64,000 nucleotides of DNA, taken from contig JAFGGG010000042.1 in NCBI GenBank assembly GCA_016930675.1, positions 16,423 through 80,422 on the forward strand. The letters are read 5' to 3'. Below, in pieces: positions 37,286 through 47,800 of the stretch (position 1 is the stretch's first letter; each line of letters opens with the position of its first letter). The DNA comes from Spirochaetales bacterium (GTDB taxonomy: Bacteria; Spirochaetota; Spirochaetia; SZUA-6; RPPD01). The notes under the pieces were generated by a model, which saw nothing but the letters and a program-made list of their open reading frames with translations, had not been told where the DNA came from and did no database searches. A program made the position numbers and the translations under genes.

Positions 37286-38410
37286 TTAAGTTTTCCTGAA
37301 TCTGAGAATTGAGTAGTCGTGAGGACCTACGTCGTGTATTTCCCCCTGCAGAGCGAATCCCGCCCTGGTTATGGCGCGAATCAATTCATGGGATTTATAC
37401 ATTTTACTGTTTCCATTGGCCATGGTTGTGAAGTAAAGCGAGGTTGCGTGCAAAGAGTAGGTTGCGGCAGGATAGTGTTGTTTATCCCAAAAAGGTTCCA
37501 TTATAAATATATCACAGTTTATAGCTACGGCTTCCGCTACCTTGCTTAAAATTTGTGTTACTTGGTCCAGGGAAAAGCAGTCCAAGAACTGGCTCATCCA
37601 TACCGCATCGGCATTTTCCGGAAGTTCCGCTTCAGGATCAAGTACGTTTGCTTCATGAATAAAGATCCGTTCCGCGGCACCGGCTCGGGTTATATTCTGC
37701 CGGGCAAGATCGGCTTGCCCGGGAAGGTCCACGATGGTAATCTTCACGTCTGAGTTATAATTATAGCAGGTTAAAGCCCACTTGGCCGTGTTCCCTCCGA
37801 TATCCACAAGATGCCTTCTGGGCCGGGCAAAAACAAACTCCAAAGCCTCGGAAAAGGCTCTGTCGGAATAGAAATGGTCGAACCCGAACCAACTTTTTTG
37901 TACCTCTTGAGGAAGTGATGACAGTCCTTCATAGATGGTCTGCCAATCACCAAAGACTTTAAGCCCGGCCGGTTTTCCTTGTTTTAGGGCTTGTTCCGTG
38001 TAGAATCCTCCTTTATAACAGACATCATGCATGAAATCCATATTTACCCTGGTTAACGGATCATGGAGCAGGAAATAACCGGTTTTGCCTAATATGTATC
38101 GCCAAGGTCTGATGTGGGGTTTGATTTTTAGCATATCCATACTTAAACCTATTTCAAGCAGAACTCCGACGGCATAGTCACTTAGGTCCAAAGAGTCTGT
38201 TATCTGTTCTCGGGTTAATCCTTCATCCTTCGCACCGGAGAGGAGTTCAAGAACTCCCAAATCGCGTAAACTGCGCGCTGCCTGGAAGGTTAAAGGAGCA
38301 AAAGCAATTTTTTGGGCATTGAATTTTGCATGTACCGCTGCAATGTTATCCTCTGAGTACCATTTTTCCAGTATTGGATTATATTCATCATTCACGGCAC
38401 ATTTTACCAT
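37286..38410 (-). CDS. Class I SAM-dependent O-methyltransferase (dimerisation-domain type; ApeB-like)
   Basis: 374 aa. SAM-binding LVDIGGNTAKWAL. Acidic loop TIVDLPG. First gene of the cluster. Confidence 0.65.
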   Translation of the reverse strand: MVKCAVNDEYNPILEKWYSEDNIAAVHAKFNAQKIAFAPLTFQAARSLRDLGVLELLSGAKDEGLTREQITDSLDLSDYAVGVLLEIGLSMDMLKIKPHIRPWRYILGKTGYFLLHDPLTRVNMDFMHDVCYKGGFYTEQALKQGKPAGLKVFGDWQTIYEGLSSLPQEVQKSWFGFDHFYSDRAFSEALEFVFARPRRHLVDIGGNTAKWALTCYNYNSDVKITIVDLPGQADLARQNITRAGAAERIFIHEANVLDPEAELPENADAVWMSQFLDCFSLDQVTQILSKVAEAVAINCDIFIMEPFWDKQHYPAATYSLHATSLYFTTMANGNSKMYKSHELIRAITRAGFALQGEIHDVGPHDYSILRFRKT

Positions 38411-38525
38411 TTTAGAATTTATGTATGTTTAACTTATTCCTCTGCTCAAGGAATAATGTCTGTTATAGATAAACTATAATTTTATCCGTTTGTCAAGGAC
38501 TTATCGGTGCTCTGTGAATGCCTGT

Positions 38526-39170
38526 TTATTTTAAAGCCTTTAATACATCAGCCGAGTTTAATAAAATTTCCAGTTTGCTTTTATACGCTTCAGGGACAAC
38601 TTTTTTGGCGTGTCCGATAGGATCCATGGCACTGCCCTTCAAATCGTCTTCGCCCTTTACACTTGAGCGGGCCATTACCTTGCCCTGTTTATTCATAACG
38701 GATAGCTGCACATCATAGTGAAGCGCTGTATTAATGTAGGTATCTGAATACCATGCGGTTACAGTAACCAAGATCACCCGATCGGAGCCTGTAGCCAATA
38801 ATTTTTGAATAACCTGTTCATTCGCTTCACCGGCATTTACCAATATCGCTGTAACCTGATATCCTTTTTCCTTTAAAGAATCGCAAACCACATTCGTGAT
38901 ATCGTGTGCCAAAGGTTTTTTACTCTTTGTGAGTATGTCAAAGGCATTTCCAAATGTTGCCCTGGATTTGCCTATATATGCTGCTTGTTTTTCACCGCTT
39001 ATAATATCCGCGCGATTATCCAAAACCGATACGGCAATGGTGAATGTTCCGGAGCTTTTTAAGTCCAAAGCCACATTATCATACCTTATTTGCTGACCGA
39101 ACGCGCAGCCAAAGAAAAGACTTATTAACAGTACTCCGGCCATAGTAAGCATTACTTGTCTTCTAAACAT
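38526..39170 (-). CDS. Lipoprotein (hypothetical)
   Basis: Longest ORF extends to 39302. A start at the internal Met (MFRRQ..., RBS GGAGAAATGTATG) gives a signal peptide with lipobox FFGC. Confidence 0.4.
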   Translation of the reverse strand: MFRRQVMLTMAGVLLISLFFGCAFGQQIRYDNVALDLKSSGTFTIAVSVLDNRADIISGEKQAAYIGKSRATFGNAFDILTKSKKPLAHDITNVVCDSLKEKGYQVTAILVNAGEANEQVIQKLLATGSDRVILVTVTAWYSDTYINTALHYDVQLSVMNKQGKVMARSSVKGEDDLKGSAMDPIGHAKKVVPEAYKSKLEILLNSADVLKALK

Positions 39171-39316
39171 ACATTTCTCCTTTTCATTAGATATTTTATC
39201 GATTATAGGTTTATCTCGATTGGAAATATTATGAGCATAGAAAGGATATGTCAAGAATCGGAGTGATACTTCCACCATAAAGCACAATAGAAATGTCCTC
39301 AAAAGATTATTTAATC

Positions 39317-40528
39317 TTAATAACCCATTACCACGGAAAAACCCAGATAAAATTCTTTGGGTGTAAGGCCGTATTCCGTTCTATTTTTTCCCGCAAAGCA
39401 GCCGCCTTCCAAGCAGAAGATGCAGTTGCTTATGATAGCGCTCTCTATTTTGCCTGCAATAAAAAAGCTGCCGTCCATAAGGTTCATAAGCAGACTGGCG
39501 GAAAGTTCAAGGGTGTCGGTAAAGACGTTTGCTTGCCGGGTGAGCTGCGGCTGGGTAATGGAGAACATAAGATTATGTCTGCACATGAGTCCGGGCTCGT
39601 AAATTGCATCTGCTATAAATCCCCGGTCTATTATGGTATCTATTTCCGCAGGCAGGTAACCGCCGTCTATATAGTAATACTCGGCTGCGATTAACGTTTC
39701 CCACCCCGGAACAGTATACCTCAGACCGGCTAAAAAGTTTTTATAGAAATCGTCTCGGTCGGCTCTTTGCGTGAGTGTGCCTGTGTCACTGTCATATATT
39801 AATTGCTCCGATTTTTGGCTGAATCCCGCTTCGAAGTGCAGCGCCATATTTTGTAAAACAGGAATTTCAGCGAAAGGTGTGGTGTCACATGATGCTCCCA
39901 GATTTATTCCTGCGTTTTCGGAATAGTAAAAGATAATGTTTAGATCCAGAGCCGGTATAAGCGCGGAGGTGGATAATTTTGTCCCGTATCCGAAATATTC
40001 GAGGTTGTCATAGAGTACTGCCGCCTGAGTAATGCTCAACCATTCCGTGAAGAGTTCGAGCAGAGCGCTGTACACGCCTTGTCTTTCTTCATAAGGATGG
40101 AGCGGATCTTGAGGGGGGTTGATAAAATCACTGGGATTGTACGCCAAACCAGTTCCCCAGATCAGGCGTTTTTTACCAAGTGTGAAAAAAAGAAAATCGG
40201 CCAGCGGTACGCTTAAAAAGGCCTCGTTGAGTTCAAATGTGATGCTTTGCTTGGTTTCATCAGATTGGCTGGCGATGAGTTCTTGAATCAGAAGATCGGC
40301 GCTTAATTCGGCGAATACTCCCGGGTTTTCGTAAAACCGGGTATGGGTAGTGAGCAATAAATAATTATCGATATAGTATTGGCCCATAGCATTATTATAA
40401 AGCAATGAGTATTGGTCATAATAATCAAGAGCCAGATTCGCTTTCACCGTACCGAATACGGTAATGTTTTGCGCGGCAAGCGCTAAAAGCGGGGCCACTA
40501 AAAGGATGACAATGAGTGTTTTTCTCAT
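39317..40528 (-). CDS. Secreted outer-membrane beta-barrel-like protein (hypothetical)
   Basis: Signal peptide (LLALAAQN). Alternating aromatic/hydrophilic pattern. Ends ...VVMGY. Confidence 0.4.
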   Translation of the reverse strand: MRKTLIVILLVAPLLALAAQNITVFGTVKANLALDYYDQYSLLYNNAMGQYYIDNYLLLTTHTRFYENPGVFAELSADLLIQELIASQSDETKQSITFELNEAFLSVPLADFLFFTLGKKRLIWGTGLAYNPSDFINPPQDPLHPYEERQGVYSALLELFTEWLSITQAAVLYDNLEYFGYGTKLSTSALIPALDLNIIFYYSENAGINLGASCDTTPFAEIPVLQNMALHFEAGFSQKSEQLIYDSDTGTLTQRADRDDFYKNFLAGLRYTVPGWETLIAAEYYYIDGGYLPAEIDTIIDRGFIADAIYEPGLMCRHNLMFSITQPQLTRQANVFTDTLELSASLLMNLMDGSFFIAGKIESAIISNCIFCLEGGCFAGKNRTEYGLTPKEFYLGFSVVMGY

Positions 40529-40580
40529 AATGCGCTCTCTCCTCCCGTGAATTTTGATTCGGTTCAGAAGAAGCTGCCAC

Positions 40581-41924
40581 CTATGAAGGTGGTATGCGGG
40601 TTTTAAAAATATTTCTTAAAACCATAATTGTGAGAGGTCTTTTCTCCTGACGCTTTAAAAGCACATCGGCTATTTTCTGATAGCATAATTTTAATCCCGG
40701 TTTGAAAGGCGCCAAAAGCGACAGGATAAAAATGACCGCCAGGGCAAAGAGTACATCCTGGTATTCAAGCCTGGGGTACAGGTAATCACCGCCGAACAGC
40801 CAGCTTGCGGCCCCGCTTCCCACATAGATACCGGTTTGACTTGTAATAAGCACGATTACACTTGAAAGCAGGAAGGCGCATAGTAAGGAAAAAAACGCCA
40901 GTAAAAATATCTCGCAAAAAATAATAAAAAAGTTTTGTCTTCTATTATAGCCTATGGCGCGCAGGGTGCCGAACTCGCTCATGCGTTCGAACAGATTCAT
41001 GCGTACCGTGGCCCGGATACCGAATCCTATGATTATAAGTAAGAATGTGACAAAAAAGGCATACAGGCTTTTGAAGAACTCCGCCTGCTGGGTAAAAAAT
41101 ATGCCGGCCTCTTTACCCTCGAGTGCTCTTAACACGCCGCTTCCCTCGGTAAGAGAACTGTCGAGTTTCCGGGTAAAGGCCGCAGCCGTGTCCTTATTTT
41201 TCAGGTAGATACGCATGGAATCCAGGTCTTGCTTGTCGAAATCGTATAAAAGCCGGGCATCTTTGTCAGTCATATAAATATAGTCATTATTCCAGGGGAC
41301 TCCGTTTTTATAAATCGCGCTTATTTTATATTCCAAAGAGTTATTGGCGCCGTAGGCGCTGGTAACGTCCAGCGTAACCCAATCGCCCACCGCAAGATTA
41401 TTGGTGTCGGCGATCAGACGGCTTATGCTAATCGTAGAATCTGCCTGGGGATCGAACTGGCCCTGTTCAAGCTGAATGAGTTTTTTTTGCTTTAAAAAAA
41501 TCCATTCGCCTTCACTCATGCCGTACACATTTACATTTATTATATCCTCAGGCGTTACCAGCAGTGCGCCCCGTCTTACCACCTTAAAAGAGCGGTCGAT
41601 TTCAGATTCATGCTGCTTTAGAAAGGATTCCAGGCTTGCAAGCGCCTGCTTGTTATCTTTTGCCTTATCGGCTTCGAACTGAGAGAGGTAGATGCGCGAG
41701 GGGCTGTCTTTTTCGATCTCCAGCGCTTTTTCCCAGAGCAGGACAACATCGCCCGCCTGCTGATAGTAGTATTCGGCCAGGATCGCGTCCGCCGTGCCAT
41801 TGCCGACGGCGTTGCTTATAAGCAGGATAAAGCACGAGATAAAAATGGCCAGACCGATATACAGAGATCTTTTCTTGTTTTTAATGATATTGCGAAAGGC
41901 GATAGTTATGAGTTTGCTCATCAA
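40581..41924 (-). CDS. ABC transporter permease, FtsX/LolE/MacB-type
   Basis: N-terminal TM, large periplasmic domain, three C-terminal TM helices. 447 aa. Confidence 0.65.
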   Translation of the reverse strand: MMSKLITIAFRNIIKNKKRSLYIGLAIFISCFILLISNAVGNGTADAILAEYYYQQAGDVVLLWEKALEIEKDSPSRIYLSQFEADKAKDNKQALASLESFLKQHESEIDRSFKVVRRGALLVTPEDIINVNVYGMSEGEWIFLKQKKLIQLEQGQFDPQADSTISISRLIADTNNLAVGDWVTLDVTSAYGANNSLEYKISAIYKNGVPWNNDYIYMTDKDARLLYDFDKQDLDSMRIYLKNKDTAAAFTRKLDSSLTEGSGVLRALEGKEAGIFFTQQAEFFKSLYAFFVTFLLIIIGFGIRATVRMNLFERMSEFGTLRAIGYNRRQNFFIIFCEIFLLAFFSLLCAFLLSSVIVLITSQTGIYVGSGAASWLFGGDYLYPRLEYQDVLFALAVIFILSLLAPFKPGLKLCYQKIADVLLKRQEKRPLTIMVLRNIFKTRIPPS

Positions 41925-41945
41925 CAGCCTCCTTTATTTGTTGGT

Positions 41946-43238
41946 TTATGTTTCTTTCAGTGTTTCCACCGGCCTTAACGAACAGGCCTTATAGGCCGGG
42001 ATACATGAGGCAATAAAGCTAAAGCCGAAAAGCAGACCCATGGTTAAAACAATCTGAGAGTAATCAATCTGAAACACAAGTCTTTTGCCCATAATGAAAT
42101 CCATGGCCGGCGCGGGCGAGGGCATGCCCTGAATGCTGAAATAGAGATTGAGCGCGGTGCCTAATAGAATGCCCAGTCCGCCGAAAAAACCCGTAACACA
42201 GAATATTTCGGTCATAAAAATCCGCATGGCAGTAAACTTGGAAAAGCCTAGAGCCCGCAGTGTGCCGATCTCTTTATAGCGTTCGATTCCCATCATATAC
42301 ACAAGATTGAAAATGAGTATGCTCACAATAAGCAGCAGCAGAATAATCAAAAGATAAAATACTGCTATCATGGCGCCGATTGTACTTATAAAAAAATTGC
42401 CCATACTTTTATAGGTGGAAAGCTTTATTTTTTGGCCTGAGACCGGCTGTAAATCAATGGATTCCGTCGTGATGCCCGCGTCGCCGAATTCCTCAAGGAG
42501 AGTATTATACATACCCTCGGTCATATTTTTATCATGCAGATAAATAATTATATCCGACACCTCATTGTTGTAAAACCCGATTAATTCACGCGCGGTGTCG
42601 ATATCCGTATACACTCCGGAAAAACCGAACAGAGAAAGCATACGGTATTTAACAATCCCCACTACGGTCACGGCCAAATCCACAGGGTATTGGTCGCTGG
42701 TCTGGCTTAAAACCCCAAGCACCGAGCCTGTTTTTACCTTGAGATTTTCAGCCAAATTTTCGGTAATCACAATCTCATGGGTTTGTTCCGCATCGAGCAT
42801 CCGCCCCTGTGTCAATACAAAAGCATTCTGATAGTATGTACTGCGGGGATCAAGCCCGATAATCAGGCACGGTGCTTTGTCCGTATCCGAGATAAATAAA
42901 GCACCGTGCCTTACACAAGCGCCGGCTGCCAGAGAACCACTGTGTGTTTTAAGAACCGCTTGAATCCGCTTTTGAAGATCCGCATCCAGAAAGGACGCGC
43001 CTTTCCAGCGGCTTTTCATGTGTTCGGCAAAATCATCATCTTCCGCGGAAGCGGAACGTATCTGGATATGACCGCTTAATCCGTTAATAATCGCGTCCTC
43101 CATCTGATTCCGAATGGTAAGGCTGAACGAACCCATAAAGGTTACCATAAGGCCGATAAAAAAAATAAACAGACCTAAGATAAGGGTGCGCCACCAGCTT
43201 CTTATGGCATTTTTTAAGGAAAATAAAAACAGTTTCAT
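41946..43238 (-). CDS. ABC transporter permease, FtsX/LolC-type
   Basis: Same topology as the neighbouring permease. 430 aa. 4-bp overlap with the ATPase gene. Confidence 0.65.
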   Translation of the reverse strand: MKLFLFSLKNAIRSWWRTLILGLFIFFIGLMVTFMGSFSLTIRNQMEDAIINGLSGHIQIRSASAEDDDFAEHMKSRWKGASFLDADLQKRIQAVLKTHSGSLAAGACVRHGALFISDTDKAPCLIIGLDPRSTYYQNAFVLTQGRMLDAEQTHEIVITENLAENLKVKTGSVLGVLSQTSDQYPVDLAVTVVGIVKYRMLSLFGFSGVYTDIDTARELIGFYNNEVSDIIIYLHDKNMTEGMYNTLLEEFGDAGITTESIDLQPVSGQKIKLSTYKSMGNFFISTIGAMIAVFYLLIILLLLIVSILIFNLVYMMGIERYKEIGTLRALGFSKFTAMRIFMTEIFCVTGFFGGLGILLGTALNLYFSIQGMPSPAPAMDFIMGKRLVFQIDYSQIVLTMGLLFGFSFIASCIPAYKACSLRPVETLKET

Positions 43239-43924
43239 AAGGTGTGCTCCTGCTTAAGGTGTCCGTCCTCGAGGTAATGGATTTTATCCGCACGCCGGAT
43301 GATTTTCGGATCATGAGTGGAGAAAATAAATGATGTGGCCTGACTTTTATTTATTGTGTGCATGAGTTCGATTATTTCAATACCGGTTTTTGAGTCCAGA
43401 TTGGCCGTGGGTTCATCCGCCAGCACAATCGCCGGTCTGGTAACAAGAGCGCGGGCCACGGCCACCCGCTGACGCTGTCCTCCCGAAAGCTCAGCGGGTC
43501 TTTGTTTTTTTTGCCCTGCCAGACCGACCGCCGCAATGAGGTTTGTTACCCTTTTTTTACGTTCGCACGAATTCACGTCTTTGCGGATAAGCAGGGGCAG
43601 TTCTATATTTTCATACACATTAAGCACGGGAATGAGGTTAAAAGACTGAAAGATAAAACCGATCGTATGCAGCCGAATTTTGTTCAGTTTGCTTTCACCG
43701 AGGCTGCTTACCAGCACTCCGTCAATCCAAACTTCGCCTGCAGTGGGATAATCCAGGCAGCCGATGAGGTTTAGCAACGTTGATTTTCCGCTGCCCGAAG
43801 GGCCGGCCACGGCAATGAACTCTCCTTTGTCAATCGTCAGGTTTATGCCCTTGAGTGCGCGAACTTTGGTCTTACCCAAATCGTAATCTTTTTTTATTGC
43901 TTTTAATTCTACGGATACCATAAT
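43235..43924 (-). CDS. ABC transporter ATP-binding protein (LolD/MacB-type)
   Basis: Walker A GPSGSGKST, signature LSGGQRQR, Walker B VLADEP. Probable start at the internal Met (MVSVELKAIKKDY) rather than the 44008 ORF start. Confidence 0.8.
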   Translation of the reverse strand: MMVSVELKAIKKDYDLGKTKVRALKGINLTIDKGEFIAVAGPSGSGKSTLLNLIGCLDYPTAGEVWIDGVLVSSLGESKLNKIRLHTIGFIFQSFNLIPVLNVYENIELPLLIRKDVNSCERKKRVTNLIAAVGLAGQKKQRPAELSGGQRQRVAVARALVTRPAIVLADEPTANLDSKTGIEIIELMHTINKSQATSFIFSTHDPKIIRRADKIHYLEDGHLKQEHTL

Positions 43925-43940
43925 CTTTTCTCCTTGCTTG

Positions 43941-44687
43941 TTATTGTAAAGTTCCTCTCCGGGCATATGACGGGGTAAAGATGAAATCCCCCAGATTATT
44001 AACAGCAACCATCTCTTCCACTAGTATTTCAGTTTTATACTGTGTATTCTGTTCGTTCAGAATAAGCAGGAATGAAGGCCGCACCCGGCCATGGAAATTC
44101 TTTACATCCTTTAAATACATGGTTTTTAAGTGTTTTCCGGAAAGTGAATAATATTCTCTTTTTACCGGGAGCTCTTTTTCTTTGGATATCCAGTAGATGA
44201 CTTTATCGTATGCTATGGTACGGTCATTGGCCTTTAATTCCAGTTTATAACAGAGAGTACCGTCCACAGTCTCTTCTCCCACATAGGTTCCGGTATAGTC
44301 TTCAGCCAGATCCACGCGCAGGAGGTCGGTGTTGGAGGCTTCACCTCCCATGGACTGCTCCTTGGCGCCGATGCGCAGCACCTTGCCGGAGTTGGGCAGG
44401 TACATCCACATATCGTCGGCGTTTCTGATAATAGCCTGTCCCTTCTGGATTGCCGGGCTGGTTATCACAATCAGCACCTTGTCGTCCTTTCTGTACACAT
44501 GCGCCTTCTGTTCGGTAAAGCTGCCGCCTGGTTTATGGTTTTTTATGGACAAGTACGACTCATATTGGATGGGAGCTGAATTCGCATCTACACGTTTAAT
44601 GAGCGCGTGCACCTGTTCGGGGGACATGCCGAAGGCGCTGCACGCCGTTGCCGTAAAAAACAGCAGTGCAATTATCGTGGATTTCAT
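43941..44687 (-). CDS. LolA-like / outer-membrane lipoprotein-sorting-like protein
   Basis: Signal peptide with Cys (ATACSAFG). ~230-aa soluble beta-rich protein directly upstream of the ABC genes. Confidence 0.45.
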   Translation of the reverse strand: MKSTIIALLFFTATACSAFGMSPEQVHALIKRVDANSAPIQYESYLSIKNHKPGGSFTEQKAHVYRKDDKVLIVITSPAIQKGQAIIRNADDMWMYLPNSGKVLRIGAKEQSMGGEASNTDLLRVDLAEDYTGTYVGEETVDGTLCYKLELKANDRTIAYDKVIYWISKEKELPVKREYYSLSGKHLKTMYLKDVKNFHGRVRPSFLLILNEQNTQYKTEILVEEMVAVNNLGDFIFTPSYARRGTLQ

Positions 44688-44822
44688 GTGTTTCCTCCTG
44701 GCGTTTAAAATATCTTGGTTCTGTTTAATTGATACGCATAATTAATACATTTGTGAATAGAATGAATGTCACATTTTGAGGAATTAAGCGAAATGGTACT
44801 TTTGTTCTATTTAAAACCAGGC

Positions 44823-47800
44823 CTAATTAGAAATATTCCAGTATTTTATCCTGTTTCCGCTTGCAGTAATTAAAAACTTTTCATTATATGAGAAAATCGC
44901 TGAACCTAGATTCAACGCGCTTTCTATATGCAATACAGGATCTCCGTTCCAGGAATAAACCGTATTTTGCCCGATATAAACATCCGGATTTCCTTCATGA
45001 GATTTTGTGCTGTAACTGAAGATAAATTTTCCGGAAGGTGAAAGCATTATCGGATTTTTTAAGATATTGGCATTAACGGCTTTTGGCGTAGAAACAGCAT
45101 AATATAAGGCATCGCTCATATTCACAGGAATAGCGGTTGGTATAAGATTTTTGGTTTTCATCATAAATAGATAAACCTTGTCAAAATTACTCACCAACAA
45201 AAGTTTTTCTGAATCATTCGAAAAAAATACCCTGCAGATATAGTCCTCGGATCTCAAATCCTCGACATATCCATTCTCGATTTTCTCAATAATGTAAGAA
45301 AAATCAGAGTCATCCAGCTTTTTAATTACGGGATGTACTGTACCTTTGATGACGTAATAGAGAGAATTATAATCCACCCCGGCTATTTTTTCTGATTTTT
45401 CTTTTGTTTCAAATGAAGTCAGAATATTTCCCATGATGTCACTTGCTATTATTTGATTGTGAGACCACATAACGAGTTCGGTGGAACTGTTATTAAAACC
45501 GATTCCTTGCGGAGATGTAATTTTCGGAAGAGTATATTTATTTATTTCGTTGCCGGTTATTTCCCACATAAATGCAGTACCTTCCGCATCCACAGCAGCG
45601 ATATGTCTTGAATCCGGAGCAATAGCCACATGACTTATATATGCACTCTGTTCCTCGCTAACATAAATCGGATCATATGTTGAATCCAATATAATTAATT
45701 TATTTTCCTGACCACATGCATAGAATGTTCCATCATTGCTAAGGGTAATTTGATTAAAACCATACCTATTATTCAGTATAATTTCTTTCTCCAACTGTTC
45801 GTGTTTTGACCAAAGAGTTACAGTCTGGTCCCAATTGTCTTTGCATATTATCCACGGTTTATTATGAAATGATGCCATGCTGCCGGTGGAGTCCAGAATT
45901 AAAAAAAGATCATAATAATTTTCCCAGATTGCTATCTCTGTTTCATCATCTGAAATTGAAAAATGGGTAATATTATAATTATGTTTACTATAAAGAGTAT
46001 GTATCAGCCGTCCTTTTAAATCGAATTTATGGATACCGATTTCTTCTTGAGCAATATATAATGCGTTTTTCCCGAATTCAAAATGAGCAAGTCGTTTATA
46101 TTTAATATCTTTGATTTCAAGATCGGAAATCTTAACGCCGCCTGTTTCCCATAATTGAGGAATATGATTTTTATAACCAATGAGGATATATTTCCCATCT
46201 TCTGATATATAGAAGCTATTAATATGTTCTGTAGATGCCTTAAATTCTGATAATTTATTTCCTTCCATATCCCAGAAAGTTACCGTGCCGTTTTTGGTGC
46301 CTGTAACAAAAAAATTATTTACAGGTGAAAAGACTGCCGTTGTGATGAGAGATAATTCCGGCTGCCAGCGCTTGATAATGTGTATCTCCTTTTTGTCTAA
46401 AAGCACGTTCCATAAGGACAACCGTCCGGCTTCTTCAATCGCCAATAAGTGAAGGCCGTCCGAAGATAAAAATGCCGCAGAAGTCGGTTCCGGCATGCTT
46501 GCGGACCAGAAATCAGCTTCCAATGTTTTAAAATTGATTATCTTATAGAATTCAAATTCCTGTTTAAAGAGTAAAAATCTATAAGCTAATGTCCCATTGC
46601 GGGCCATATTGTAGTGAGTCAGTTTTTCCAATTGCTTTTTATTTTCTTCTTTTGGATTGTCTTTGCCTGACAAATATGTCCTGACTATTTCATCATAAGG
46701 ATAAACCAGCAAATAACCTTCATTTAAGAGGTTATAGCAAACAAAACAGGCGCCGTAATCATCATGATATAAAAATTCTCCGCGTACATATTCCGACGCC
46801 CTTGCAGGATCTGAAAATGAACCGTCATCAATTTTCTCTTCCAAACTCTTTGTGGCAAAAGTACCGCCATAAACAGGCATGCTTATTTTTTGAGGATGTT
46901 CATCACCCACAAGATGGAAATATAATTCAGGTACATAATCCCTGTAATTTTTATCAAAGCTCGATGCCTCCCACTTTGCCCAGTTACCGTCCGCGGAGAA
47001 AATAAAGCGATCTAAAACCTGTAAATCACCTGCGCGCTGCTTATACACAGGTTCAATCCGGACATTATTTATGCTGTCATCCCAATAAATGGAGACAAAA
47101 GTAGGATGAGTCCATGATAAGTCGCGGCGTTCACCGAACATCATTCTTTTTTCTATATTTAAGGTATTGTCCTGTATCGGTTCGTTTATAAAGGATAGAT
47201 CAAATAAATCACTTTGACTTAATTCATCCCACATATCAGGCGAGAGATGACGGACTTCTCGTTTACCGGATATTCTTATAATCTGTCGTGTAAGCTCATC
47301 TGTCAATTTATTGGTAGTTTTAGCTATTAATTCATAATCAGAAAAATACCAGCTCCCCGTTTTATCCATGACAAGCATCTTCCCGGGTTCAAAGGGAATA
47401 AACCTTATAGGGTCATCAATTATTTTGCTGACTATGTTCTTATCTTTATTAAAATCATAGATTACATATTCGGTATCACTATTCACTGTTTCATATGATT
47501 GTATAAAGAGGATATTGTTTTCTTTGTCTGCCAGGTAAACGCTAACTAATAGAGTGTTAAAATCATAGCCTATTTCAGGTTCTTTTCTCCGGCCGGTTTC
47601 CCTGTCGATAACCGTTAATCCTCTGTATCCTATTGGAAACCAATTAAGGGAGCTGTCTTCATTATAAGAAAAATCCTTTAACTTCTTGGCATCCAAAACA
47701 ATCGGCTTAATAGTCGGAGTGTTTGTTTCTTTTAAATGGAATCCTTCAAGCGTGTCTATGAGGTTGGAATGAGATTTCCCTGTGGTGCAGGCAAAAATAT

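Larger units (their letters stand above)
21311..38410 (-). other. Aryl-polyene-type (ape-like) polyketide-lipid biosynthetic gene cluster, ~17.1 kb, 21 genes, single strand (PPTase antisense)
   Basis: Gene order is collinear with ape clusters (summarised above). It carries an inserted aromatic ammonia-lyase, an antisense PPTase and an AMP-ligase-DH fusion. Most junctions are 1-8-bp overlaps. Confidence 0.7.

Noticed and set aside
21311-38410. Interpretation as a type II aromatic PKS (KS-alpha/KS-beta with cyclases) or as a duplicate housekeeping fab operon.
   Set aside because: No cyclase/aromatase or fabH/fabD/fabI/accABCD genes are present. LolA, MMPL, DUF3261, LpxL/PlsC-type acyltransferases, GT2, an AMP-ligase and paired ACPs in this exact order are diagnostic of the aryl-polyene family instead.
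21311-38410. Obvious compositional island (GC shift) or flanking mobility genes marking recent horizontal transfer of the cluster.
   Set aside because: By eye the GC and codon style are similar to the flanking V-ATPase/housekeeping regions. No integrase/transposase genes, tRNA or direct repeats were found at the borders. Quantitative GC-skew or codon-usage analysis was not possible here.
39293-39694. Plus-strand ORF 39293-39694 (133 aa) and 39357-39602 opposite the OM beta-barrel gene.
   Set aside because: It is overlapped by a signal-peptide-bearing 403-aa ORF on the minus strand with coherent beta-barrel-like composition. The plus-strand ORFs lack an RBS and any motif.
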